54,121 bases of DNA, taken from assembly GCA_049609625.1 (NCBI GenBank), contig JBMYYR010000005.1, forward strand, positions 1 through 54,121. The letters are read 5' to 3'. The position numbers and the translations under genes were made by a program. The number at the start of each line of letters is the position of its first letter. Positions within the stretch are counted from its first letter, which is position 1. Under the pieces are notes generated by a model that was given only the letters and a program-made list of their open reading frames with translations, was not told where the DNA came from and ran no database searches. Source of the stretch: Flavobacteriales bacterium (GTDB taxonomy: Bacteria; Bacteroidota; Bacteroidia; Flavobacteriales; CAJXXR01). This document shows positions 30,175-38,896 of the stretch, piece after piece.

Positions 30175-31769
30175 TGCTTCATTTTTCTAATTTTAATATT
30201 CATACTGCAGAAGGCAAAGCTTTAGTTCAAGATTTTAGTTTGGATGTCGAGCAGGGCGAATTTGTGGCACTTATTGGCGAATCTGGTTCAGGAAAAAGCC
30301 TAACAGCACTTTCGATAGCCCAGCTGCAAGATCACAAACTAAAACTCACTGGACAACTGGAATGGGAAGGCAAAAACAGCCTAACACTTTCCGAAGAAGA
30401 GCTTAGACAGTATCGAAAAAACGATTGGGCTTACGTTTTTCAAAATCCGATGTATTGCCTCAATCCATCTTTAAGCATAGAACAACAAATCACAGAAGTT
30501 TTTGAGCTTCGGCAAGTTAAAAAATCAGCTTGGGCTGAGGATTTAAAATCGGTTTTACATCAGGTCGGCCTTTTGGAAGATCAACGTATCAAGAACGCTT
30601 ATCCGCATCAGCTTTCGGGCGGACAAAAACAACGGGTTATGTTGGCTATTGCGCTCGCTGCCAAAGCCAAACTTCTTATTGCCGACGAACCCAGTACCGC
30701 TCTCGATATTTTGGTTCAGGAAGAAATAATGCAACTCATCAAAAGCCTCCAAAACGAACATCAATTAGCTGTTTTGTTTATCACTCACGATTTACATTTA
30801 GCTTTTCGCTACGCCGACCAAATTGCCGTGATGGCAAAAGGAAAATTAGTCGAATTTGGCTCAGTAGAACACATCAAAGCCGAACCCAAAGAACTCTATA
30901 CCAAAGCCTTACTTTATTGTCGACCACAAGCCGATCAGTACATCCGACCTTTGCCAACGGTGGAAGAAGTGTTAGAAAACCGAATACCAACAGACATCAG
31001 CCGAGAAAAAACGGCTTGCCTTTCAGAACACGTGCGTTTAGATTGCCAAAACCTCAGCTTTTCTTATGGCGATAAACAAGTGCTTTCTGACCTTAGTTTT
31101 GAACTAAAAACAGGCGAAATTTTAGGTTTAGTAGGCGCTTCGGGCTGCGGAAAATCAACCTTAGCTAAATGCCTCATGCGCATTGAAGAGCAATTTAGCG
31201 GCGAAGTCTTGTTGGATGGAACATCCATATTGAAAGATAAGAAAAAAGTCTATCAAAAGCAGGTTCAAATGGTGTTTCAAGATCCTTATGGCTCGCTCGA
31301 TGGCAGAACAAAAGTCCGCAAGCAACTGAAAGACATCTACCTCAGTCATCACAAAAATGTAAGCAAAACCGACTTAAACAACACCTTGAACAACACCATG
31401 AATTTGGTTGGCTTAGACAACAGCTTTTTGGACCAGCGTCCGCTTTCTCTTTCTGGAGGTCAGCGTCAGCGGGTTTGCATTGCTCGCGCTTTGCTCACTG
31501 GAGCAAAACTCCTCATTCTCGATGAATCTTTGGCTGCGCTTGATGTTTCTATTCAAGCTCAAATCCTAAACGTACTCAACGACCTAAAAGACAAACTAAA
31601 GCTTAGTTTTATCTTCATTTCTCATGATTTGGCAAGCGTCAGCTATTTTTGTCATCGTATTTTAGTCCTCCAAGATGGAAAAATTGTCGCTCAGGGCACA
31701 CCTGAACACCTCAAAACCAAAAGCGATTCTGAGTATGTGAGTCAGTTGTTTTCAGCTTCTGGTTTGTGA
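30174..31769 (+). CDS. ABC transporter ATP-binding protein with two ATPase domains (DppD/F-, GsiA-like)
   Basis: GESGSGKS, YPHQLSGGQKQR, ADEPSTALD and a second set GASGCGKST, LSGGQRQR, LDESLAALD. Confidence 0.93.
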   Translation: MLHFSNFNIHTAEGKALVQDFSLDVEQGEFVALIGESGSGKSLTALSIAQLQDHKLKLTGQLEWEGKNSLTLSEEELRQYRKNDWAYVFQNPMYCLNPSLSIEQQITEVFELRQVKKSAWAEDLKSVLHQVGLLEDQRIKNAYPHQLSGGQKQRVMLAIALAAKAKLLIADEPSTALDILVQEEIMQLIKSLQNEHQLAVLFITHDLHLAFRYADQIAVMAKGKLVEFGSVEHIKAEPKELYTKALLYCRPQADQYIRPLPTVEEVLENRIPTDISREKTACLSEHVRLDCQNLSFSYGDKQVLSDLSFELKTGEILGLVGASGCGKSTLAKCLMRIEEQFSGEVLLDGTSILKDKKKVYQKQVQMVFQDPYGSLDGRTKVRKQLKDIYLSHHKNVSKTDLNNTLNNTMNLVGLDNSFLDQRPLSLSGGQRQRVCIARALLTGAKLLILDESLAALDVSIQAQILNVLNDLKDKLKLSFIFISHDLASVSYFCHRILVLQDGKIVAQGTPEHLKTKSDSEYVSQLFSASGL

Positions 31770-31807
31770 TAAGCAAAACAAACGTAGATTAATTAACCTA
31801 TTGACAA

Positions 31808-32533
31808 TCATTTCTTTAACTTAAAGAAAATAGGAACAGTATACTTAATGGCAACAGGCTTATTGCGTTGATAAGCAGGCTCTACTATAGGCAAGCTTTT
31901 GATCAATCGAGCAGATTCTTTGATAAATCCTTTTTGATTGTTTTTATGAAATTCTAAATCGGAAATTTGACCTTTTTTATCAATAGTAAACTGAACAAAA
32001 ATCTTTCCTTCAATACCCAATTCTTTTTCGATTGTTGGATATTTAAAATTAGTCCGAATATGATTTACAACTTGAGCTTCAAAACATGCTAATTGTTCGC
32101 TTTTATCGCTGAGGCCTTTACAGTCCTCAAAGCGTGGAATTTTTTCTACGGTCATAAAAGTAGGTGCTGGTTCAAACTCATCATCACCTCCATCTTCTAT
32201 AGGTTTAATATCATAAAGCTTTGTTTTTAAAGGCTCTTTTTTAGGCTCAACCTTTGGTTCTGGGCTCACTTTTGGTTCTGGCTTTGGCTTTGGAATAGTT
32301 ACCGCAAGTTTGGGCTCAGGCAGAGGTCTTGCTCGCTGAACGCTTGCCAACTCAATAGGCTGCATCTCATCAGCCAAATCGATGTTTAGTTCGGCTTTAT
32401 CCACTAAAGAAGCCTGCGCCCATTCCATGTTGATAATACCGATACTGCTTGACGTGGCGAAAATAAATCCGAAAAGAAAAAAGACCCAAGACCAACGTTC
32501 GATGTTTGCTTTTATTGTTTTCTTAGCTTTCAT
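31808..32533 (-). CDS. tonB: TonB-family energy transducer
   Basis: N-terminal TM anchor, Pro/Lys/Glu-rich spacer (PKPKPEPKVSPEPKVEPK), TonB_C motif YP...GIEGKIFVQFTIDKKG...PA.QRNKPV...VPI.F. Confidence 0.88.
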   Translation of the reverse strand: MKAKKTIKANIERWSWVFFLFGFIFATSSSIGIINMEWAQASLVDKAELNIDLADEMQPIELASVQRARPLPEPKLAVTIPKPKPEPKVSPEPKVEPKKEPLKTKLYDIKPIEDGGDDEFEPAPTFMTVEKIPRFEDCKGLSDKSEQLACFEAQVVNHIRTNFKYPTIEKELGIEGKIFVQFTIDKKGQISDLEFHKNNQKGFIKESARLIKSLPIVEPAYQRNKPVAIKYTVPIFFKLKK

Positions 32534-32695
32534 ATTATAAGAGTTTAAGGGTTAGTTTTGATGCTTTACAAGCGGCATCAAATGTGTGCGAATATTGAGA
32601 ATTTTAACAAATATTAAGCCAAAGTCGTTTTCTCATTAGTTCCTTCCCCAAAACTTAACATCAAAATAGAGAGCGCTGTGCCATCTCAAAAGCCG

Positions 32696-32739
32696 AACGT
32701 TACGCCAATGTAAACTTAAGGTTATGTTTGGTTTACATT
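32696..32739. promoter_or_regulatory. PhoB/OmpR-type direct-repeat box upstream of the porin gene
   Basis: Plus-strand AACGTTA-N4-AATGTAA-N4-AAGGTTA (32696-32724) gives three 7-mers with 11-bp period. One inverted copy, TTACATT, lies at 32733-32739. Confidence 0.55.
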
Positions 32740-32822
32740 AGGCTTTGGCTTATCAAAATAAGTGAAATAAATAAAAAATTATGGTTTCATTTGCAAGCTC
32801 ATTCAATTGTAAAAAAAACATT

Positions 32823-34016
32823 ATGAAATCAACACTTAGCACAATTCTGTTCGTTTTTAGCCTGGCACTACAGGCTCAAATTGAAATTCCGACCTACAAC
32901 GGTGGCCTTATTTTTCAGGCAAAAGACAAAAGCTTTAAAGCCAAACTTAATTTCAGAATGCAAAACCTGATGACTGTAGATTTTGCAAACAATGGCGCCG
33001 AGACCAAAACCAATATGCTCGTCAGGAGAGCCCGTATTAAGCTGGCTGGCTATGCCCTGAACCCCAAATGGAAATATAAATTTGAAATGGGCTTGAGCAA
33101 TCGTGATATTGGCGCAAGTTCTGATTTTGAGCAAGTTAATTCAGCTTCAAGACTTATTCTTGATGCCGTTGTGAAATATCAGGCGCACAAAAATCTTGAG
33201 CTCTGGTTTGGGCAAACCAAATTGCCCGGCAACCGCGAACGGCTTATTTCTTCTCAAAATCTTCAATTTGTAGACCGTAGCTTAGTCAACAGCAGCTTCA
33301 ACATCGACCGCGACATGGGCTTTCAGGCACATTATAGCAAAACCATAGGCAAATCTGTAGCCCGAGCAAAAGGAGCTTGGTCTATGGGCGATGGGCGAAA
33401 CATAACAAAAGGTAATTTTGGAGGTTTTGGCTTCACTGGTAGACTTGAGTTTTTGCCTTTCGGCGAATTTTCTAAACGTGGAGACTATTTTTCGGCGGAT
33501 TTAACACGTGAATCACAACTAAAATTAGCATTCGGATTAACTTATGATTTGAATGATGATGCGTCGCGGCAAGGTGGTCAGCTAAAAGGTTTTGTTTTTG
33601 ATAAGTCTGGAGATGAAATTTTTACCGATTTAAGTTCGGTCATGTTCGATTGGATGTTTAAATACAAAGGCTTCTCTTTTCAGGGTGAGTTCATCGACAA
33701 AATTGGCGACAAAAGAGCTAGTATGCTTTTCGCTACGGCAACACCCGAAAACAGATTCAGAACAGGAAGAGGGTTCAATGCACAACTTGGATATGTGTTT
33801 GAAAACAACATCGAACTTGCGGGAAGATTTACCCGTATTTCTCCAAACTATTACTCTTCGCTCAACGAGCTTAATGAATACACCATCGGGCTATCAAAAT
33901 ACCTAAAAGGACACAAACTAAAAGTGCAAACAGACCTTAGCCTGACTGATAAAAAATACATTAGTAAAGGCGAAAATGCCTACAGATGGAGGTTTCAGGT
34001 TGAGTTCGGGTTCTAA
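32823..34016 (+). CDS. phosphate-selective porin (OprO/OprP family)
   Basis: Signal peptide ending AQ, VRRARIKLAG, FGQTKLPGNRER..SS..LQFVDRS, DRDMG, amphipathic strands and terminal FQVEFGF. Start set at ATG 32823. Confidence 0.85.
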   Translation: MKSTLSTILFVFSLALQAQIEIPTYNGGLIFQAKDKSFKAKLNFRMQNLMTVDFANNGAETKTNMLVRRARIKLAGYALNPKWKYKFEMGLSNRDIGASSDFEQVNSASRLILDAVVKYQAHKNLELWFGQTKLPGNRERLISSQNLQFVDRSLVNSSFNIDRDMGFQAHYSKTIGKSVARAKGAWSMGDGRNITKGNFGGFGFTGRLEFLPFGEFSKRGDYFSADLTRESQLKLAFGLTYDLNDDASRQGGQLKGFVFDKSGDEIFTDLSSVMFDWMFKYKGFSFQGEFIDKIGDKRASMLFATATPENRFRTGRGFNAQLGYVFENNIELAGRFTRISPNYYSSLNELNEYTIGLSKYLKGHKLKVQTDLSLTDKKYISKGENAYRWRFQVEFGF

Positions 34017-34038
34017 TGTTTAGACTAATTCTAGGCTT

Positions 34039-34075
34039 AAAAAAGGTGTTCGATGGATTTTGAGCACCTTTTTTT
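34039..34075 (+). terminator. intrinsic terminator after the porin gene
   Basis: AAAAAAGGTGTTCGA-loop-TTGAGCACCTTTTTTT hairpin (with G-U pairs) followed by a T tract. Confidence 0.8.
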
Positions 34076-34199
34076 GTGAACCATACCACGGCCTTTACTT
34101 CTCGATTCGCTCTCATCCATTTGATTTAGAAATGATGAAGATAATCCAGTGATTTTTAAGTATATTTGTTTTTTTTATTCATTTTTTAATGCTTTTGTT

Positions 34200-37100
34200 A
34201 TGAATTTATCAAGTTTTTCTATTCTTTTCTTTTTCTTTCAATGTTCTTTTGCTCAGGTTCTTATCAACGAATATTCGGCTGCAAATTATGACCAGACTGA
34301 TTTTGACCCTGGAAACAATGCCTACGAAGACTGGATAGAACTATACAATTCTGGAAGTTCTGCCGTTTCGCTAAACGGCTATTTTCTTTCCGACAAGTTA
34401 GACAATCCACAAAAGTGGTCATTCCCGACAGGAGCAAGTATTCCGGCCAATGGCTATTTAGTTGTTTTGGCTGATAGCGATGATGAATTTGCTAATGGCT
34501 ATTTTCATACAAACTTTAAGCTTACACAAACCAAAGGCAATGAATATGTACTTTTCTCGTCTCCTGCAGGAGCCATCATTGATAGCATCAAACTAAACAG
34601 ACCAAATATTATAAACCAATCCACGGGTCGAAAAACAGATGGAGCCATTCTATGGGGCGTTCACGAAACGCCAAGTCCTGGTTCAGCAAATTCGACAACT
34701 ATTGATCGCTACGCCACTAAGCCAGACTTTAATCTCGCTGCAGGATTTTATACAGGAGCACAGACCTTAACCCTGAGTTCAACAGAAGCTGGAGCTACAA
34801 TTTATTACACCACAAACGGCGATTTGCCAAGTACGCTTTCAGACCAATACACCGGTCCAATTGCAATAGATAGCACTATGGTTATCAGAGCTATGACCAG
34901 TGCAGCAAATACAAGTCTTGCAAATAGCCACATCGAAACCAATAGTTATTTCATAAACACCAATCACACAACAAAAGTACTGTCGGTAACAGGCGGAGCG
35001 AGCCTACAATCCTTGTTCAACGGTACTCAAAACGAACCTCATGGCGCTTTAGAACTTTTTGAAACCGACGGTACGCAGCTTGCCGAAACAACAGGAGAAT
35101 TTAATAAACATGGAAACGATTCGTGGGCCTATGCTCAGCGTGGCGTCGATTTTATAGCGAGAGATCAATTTGGGACTAACTACACCGTGAAAGATGAAAT
35201 TTTTGATACCAAAACTCGAGGTAAGTTTCAAAAATTAATACTAAAATGTGGAGCATCAGACAATTATCCTTTTGAAGGACAGGCCAACAGCAACTACCCA
35301 GGTGAGTTTGGAGGGGCGCATATCCGCGATGCCTATGTCAATCAAATGTCGCAGTTAGGCGATTTGAGATTAGATGAGCGATCGGTAGAATTTGCTGTTC
35401 TGTATCTCAACGGAGTCTATTGGGGCGTCTACGATATTAGAGAAAAAGTAGATGACGCCGACTATACAGACTATTATTACGATCAAAACAAAGGCCATTT
35501 GCAATACCTCAAAACGTGGGGCGGCACGTGGTCGGAATACGGAGGCCAACAAGCGCAAGACGATTGGGATGATTTGGTCGATTTTGTAACCAGCAACAAC
35601 ATGACCATTGATGCCAATTACGAACATGTAGACACAACGTATAATATTGGTAGTTTGATTGATTATTTTATTCTGAATGGTTTTATCGGAAATTCAGATT
35701 GGTTAAACTGGAACACCTCTTGGTTTCGAGGCCTAGACCCTGATGGAGATAAAAAGAAATGGCGCTACTCGCTATGGGACATGGACGCAACCTTTAATCA
35801 CTACACCAATTATAGTGGCGTGCCAGACCAAAGCCCAACCGCAGACCCTTGCTTGCCTGCGGCTTTGCCCGACCTTGGAGGTCAAGGTCATGTACCGATT
35901 TGGAATGCCTTGTTGGACAACGACGACTTTTTTGCTGAATACATCAACCGCTATGCTGAACTGTCGAGTACCGTATTTTCTTGCGACAGCATGCACAGCC
36001 TTCTAAATTCTATGGTGGCAGAAATAGATGCCGAAATGCCAAATCAAATCGCTCGCTGGGGCGGAACCTACGCCGAGTGGTCGGCCAATGTAGATTCGCT
36101 ACACAGTTTTATTGACACGAGGTGCGCAAGTATATTAGATGGATTGGTAGATTGCGAATCAGGTCTTTCTGGCCCTTACACCATTACCATCAATGTTGAA
36201 CCAGCTCATGCCGGCACGGTGGAATTGAGCTCTATAAATCCACAGGATTATCCATTTACACATGTTGTATTTGGAGGCGTCGAAGTCCCTTTTGATGCCG
36301 ACCCAAACACGTGTTGGTTATTTGATTATTGGCTTATCGAAAACGACACCATTTATCCAGATGCCACATCAGAACAAATGACTGTTAATTTTAATAGCGA
36401 CGATACGATTACGGCACACTTCAAACCAGCAAATTGTATATTGGTTGATATTTCGCCTGCCAATGCCGGAGAAGTCGTTGTTAATGGAGAAACTTACGAT
36501 AATTTTCCTGTTTTAATAGAACTGGAAGATTCGGCAACTCATATTTTTCAGGCACTTCCAGACCCACTACACGCTTTCAACCATTGGGATTTTGACCAAA
36601 GCAACCCATTGCCAACCAGCAGTTCAAACCCAGCTTCGGTTTACACCAACTCTGACGATACCCTGACGGTTTATTTTGATGCTTTAGATTTTGTTGACAT
36701 CACGTATCAGGTTGGTCCATCGGGAGTTGCCAATATTTTAACTGATGGAACAAACCTTAGCGGGTTTCCCGTTACACAATCTCATGTCTTAGGAACATCT
36801 ATCGAATTGAAAGCTTTGAATATCCCAAATTACGCTTTTACACACTGGGAATCATCGCTTCATAACTTTTTGCCAAGCTCCACAGACGACCTTGTTAGCT
36901 TTACGCCCACAGCAAACGACACAATAACGGTCCATTATTTGCAAGAAAATCATGAAAATATGGTCATTATCACACAACCTGAAAACGCTGGACATCTGAA
37001 AATTGATAATGATTATTATTTCAACTCGCCAAGTACAGCGTCGTTGTTGTTGGGCAAAACGATTCATATAAAAGCATTTCCCAACACAGGAGATTTCTTC

Positions 37101-37478
37101 AATGAATGGCAATGGAGCGAAACAACACCGCCAAACACCGCCGTATCAACCACCTTTGTGTTCTCCGGTCAAGACACCATATTTGCTTACTTCAACAACA
37201 CCTTGAGTTTGCCTGAAGACAATGTTCATGGTGCCGAAATTAACCTCTACCCAACCTACATCACAAGCGATTTCCATGTTGAGATTAAAGGACTAGACAC
37301 ATCAAAATTGATATTCAAACTCTATAATTCTAATGGGCAAAAGCTTAGCGAAACCGTAAAAACAAATCCAAACCTCCATTCAACTTACGATTTTAGTCTC
37401 GAGTATCCTTCGGGGCTCTATTTCTTTGAGTTGATTTCCGACAAAGGTTCTACACGCTATAAATTGGTCAAAGAGTAA
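34200..37478 (+). CDS. T9SS-secreted CotH-family kinase with lamin-tail domain, FN3-associated domain and Ig-like repeats
   Basis: Signal peptide ending FAQ. LTD: VLINE...DWIELYN...L.GY.LSD. TIYYTTNGDLP. CotH core: IRDAY, LYLNGVYWGVYDIREK, SLIDY...NSDWLNWN, KWRYSLWDMDATF. T9SS CTD: LYP...LYNSNGQ...PSGLYF...KLVKE. Start 34200 follows TATATTTG at 34161-34168. Confidence 0.88.
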   Translation: MNLSSFSILFFFFQCSFAQVLINEYSAANYDQTDFDPGNNAYEDWIELYNSGSSAVSLNGYFLSDKLDNPQKWSFPTGASIPANGYLVVLADSDDEFANGYFHTNFKLTQTKGNEYVLFSSPAGAIIDSIKLNRPNIINQSTGRKTDGAILWGVHETPSPGSANSTTIDRYATKPDFNLAAGFYTGAQTLTLSSTEAGATIYYTTNGDLPSTLSDQYTGPIAIDSTMVIRAMTSAANTSLANSHIETNSYFINTNHTTKVLSVTGGASLQSLFNGTQNEPHGALELFETDGTQLAETTGEFNKHGNDSWAYAQRGVDFIARDQFGTNYTVKDEIFDTKTRGKFQKLILKCGASDNYPFEGQANSNYPGEFGGAHIRDAYVNQMSQLGDLRLDERSVEFAVLYLNGVYWGVYDIREKVDDADYTDYYYDQNKGHLQYLKTWGGTWSEYGGQQAQDDWDDLVDFVTSNNMTIDANYEHVDTTYNIGSLIDYFILNGFIGNSDWLNWNTSWFRGLDPDGDKKKWRYSLWDMDATFNHYTNYSGVPDQSPTADPCLPAALPDLGGQGHVPIWNALLDNDDFFAEYINRYAELSSTVFSCDSMHSLLNSMVAEIDAEMPNQIARWGGTYAEWSANVDSLHSFIDTRCASILDGLVDCESGLSGPYTITINVEPAHAGTVELSSINPQDYPFTHVVFGGVEVPFDADPNTCWLFDYWLIENDTIYPDATSEQMTVNFNSDDTITAHFKPANCILVDISPANAGEVVVNGETYDNFPVLIELEDSATHIFQALPDPLHAFNHWDFDQSNPLPTSSSNPASVYTNSDDTLTVYFDALDFVDITYQVGPSGVANILTDGTNLSGFPVTQSHVLGTSIELKALNIPNYAFTHWESSLHNFLPSSTDDLVSFTPTANDTITVHYLQENHENMVIITQPENAGHLKIDNDYYFNSPSTASLLLGKTIHIKAFPNTGDFFNEWQWSETTPPNTAVSTTFVFSGQDTIFAYFNNTLSLPEDNVHGAEINLYPTYITSDFHVEIKGLDTSKLIFKLYNSNGQKLSETVKTNPNLHSTYDFSLEYPSGLYFFELISDKGSTRYKLVKE

Positions 37479-37526
37479 ATTGTATTGATTAGCCTTTTCA
37501 GGTTTAATGCAAACTTTGTGATGGTT

Positions 37527-37574
37527 TCAAAAACAACAAAGCCACTTATGATTAAGTGGCTTTGTTGCTTTTGA
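37527..37574. terminator. bidirectional intrinsic terminator between convergent genes
   Basis: Perfect 15-bp stem CAACAAAGCCACTTA-tgat-TAAGTGGCTTTGTTG (37534-37567) flanked by A- and T-rich runs. Confidence 0.82.
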
Positions 37575-37606
37575 CATGTATTAAATGACATTAAGCTTTG
37601 GTTTTG

Positions 37607-38269
37607 CTATTGAATGGAGTATGTGTATTTCAAAGAAAGCACATCAGCCGTTGCTGGTTCAAGAGCCTTTAATTCTTTTTCATAAAGGTAATATAAGGCT
37701 ATTTTTCCGTGATTTGCCAGTTTAAAACTTGTGCCTATCGAAAGGCGATAGCTTGTTGGTCTGTCGGCACTGGTATCTAGCGAATTGAATAGCTCCCCAG
37801 AAACTTCGGGATCAAATTTCCAGTTACTGATATTATAATCTGCTTCTAGCTTGAGGCGCAGGTCGTCCTTTGTGTCTGTTTTATCCTCAAATGCTTTCCG
37901 ATGCTGAACACGCACAACAGAACTAAGTGCCAGGCGGTCAAATTTATATTTATATTTTAAGCCCAGTTGATACCGAATAAAGTGTTCGTAACCTTGCTTT
38001 TTGCCTTCGTTGTCATTTTTGTTGATGAATCTAAGAGCTGAAACGAGTTCAAAGTGGTCGTTTAGTTTATATTTTGCTCCAAGCTGAGTAAGAAGTCCTT
38101 TTATTTCGCTAGAATTTTTGTCTAAGCGCATTTGCTCTTTTAGGCTGAACGTCCAAACTGACTTGTGTTTATACTGTAAGCCAAGAGAAGTCCAAGATTC
38201 AAAATCTCTGCTTTGAGCCAAACCAAGCGTAGAAACAATAAGCATAATGCTTAGAAACTTAATGCGCAT
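37607..38269 (-). CDS. DUF2490-family outer-membrane beta-barrel protein
   Basis: Signal peptide ending LAQ, then DFESW. Alternating hydrophobic strands, R..QHR, LRLKL.ADYNI.NWK.DP..SGELF, terminal LSLKYTYSIQ. ATG 38269 preferred over 38293. Confidence 0.75.
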   Translation of the reverse strand: MRIKFLSIMLIVSTLGLAQSRDFESWTSLGLQYKHKSVWTFSLKEQMRLDKNSSEIKGLLTQLGAKYKLNDHFELVSALRFINKNDNEGKKQGYEHFIRYQLGLKYKYKFDRLALSSVVRVQHRKAFEDKTDTKDDLRLKLEADYNISNWKFDPEVSGELFNSLDTSADRPTSYRLSIGTSFKLANHGKIALYYLYEKELKALEPATADVLSLKYTYSIQ

Positions 38270-38882
38270 TTTTGGGCGAGTTGTGATCTTCATAATAGTA
38301 AATAGTTAGGTTTGCGGTGTCTTTTAAAAAGTCGATGTTTTTGACAAGTACTTTTTCAATACTTAAGCCCGTTCGATGTTCCAAATCAGACTTTAATTTG
38401 TCGTAATGTTCTGGCTTTATCAATTCGATGTTTTCGTAAACAATATTTTTTTCTGTATAACGCTTCGCTAGCCAATAGAACTCCAACAAGGCAATAGAAG
38501 CCGTAACGGCAATATTGGCCATAAAAATCTCGGCGTAACTCATTCTTTTGTTTGCCAAAGCATTGATAACAGAAACACCGATAACAACAAATAAATAGGT
38601 CATTTCCTTAATCGGTATGGGATCTGTTCGATAGCGAATAATTCCAAAAATAGCAAACAGCCCTAAAGCCATACCAATATCCAATTCATATTTTTTTAAC
38701 GTAAAACAGAGTAAAAACACAATTATGCTTATCATATAAAACGTAAACAGATAGTCTCGCAATTTTGAGGTTCTGAAATACAAATATTGAATGATTAGTG
38801 TGGTGAATGTCAGATTGATAAAAAATCTGAAAATCAACTTAATAAAATCATCATCGTAGACGGGAATCCCTAAAAAATCCAT
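38259..38882 (-). CDS. DUF4956-family inner-membrane protein
   Basis: About five TM helices with the family signature GMALGLFAIFGIIRYRTDPIPIKEMTYLF, followed by a small soluble C-terminal domain (IVYENIELIKP...DL..RTGL.I...IDFLKD). Confidence 0.88.
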   Translation of the reverse strand: MDFLGIPVYDDDFIKLIFRFFINLTFTTLIIQYLYFRTSKLRDYLFTFYMISIIVFLLCFTLKKYELDIGMALGLFAIFGIIRYRTDPIPIKEMTYLFVVIGVSVINALANKRMSYAEIFMANIAVTASIALLEFYWLAKRYTEKNIVYENIELIKPEHYDKLKSDLEHRTGLSIEKVLVKNIDFLKDTANLTIYYYEDHNSPKNAH

Positions 38883-38896
38883 GTGTTTTTTGTTGC

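Noticed and set aside
32240-32295. Short TTTGGTTCTG/TTTGGC repeats
   Set aside because: They encode the Pro-Lys/Pro-Glu spacer of TonB and are not an independent repeat element.
32557-32582. TTTGATGC-N10-GCATCAAA inverted repeat upstream of tonB
   Set aside because: The 8-bp arms could be an operator or a leader hairpin, but there is no second copy or candidate regulator to support a call.
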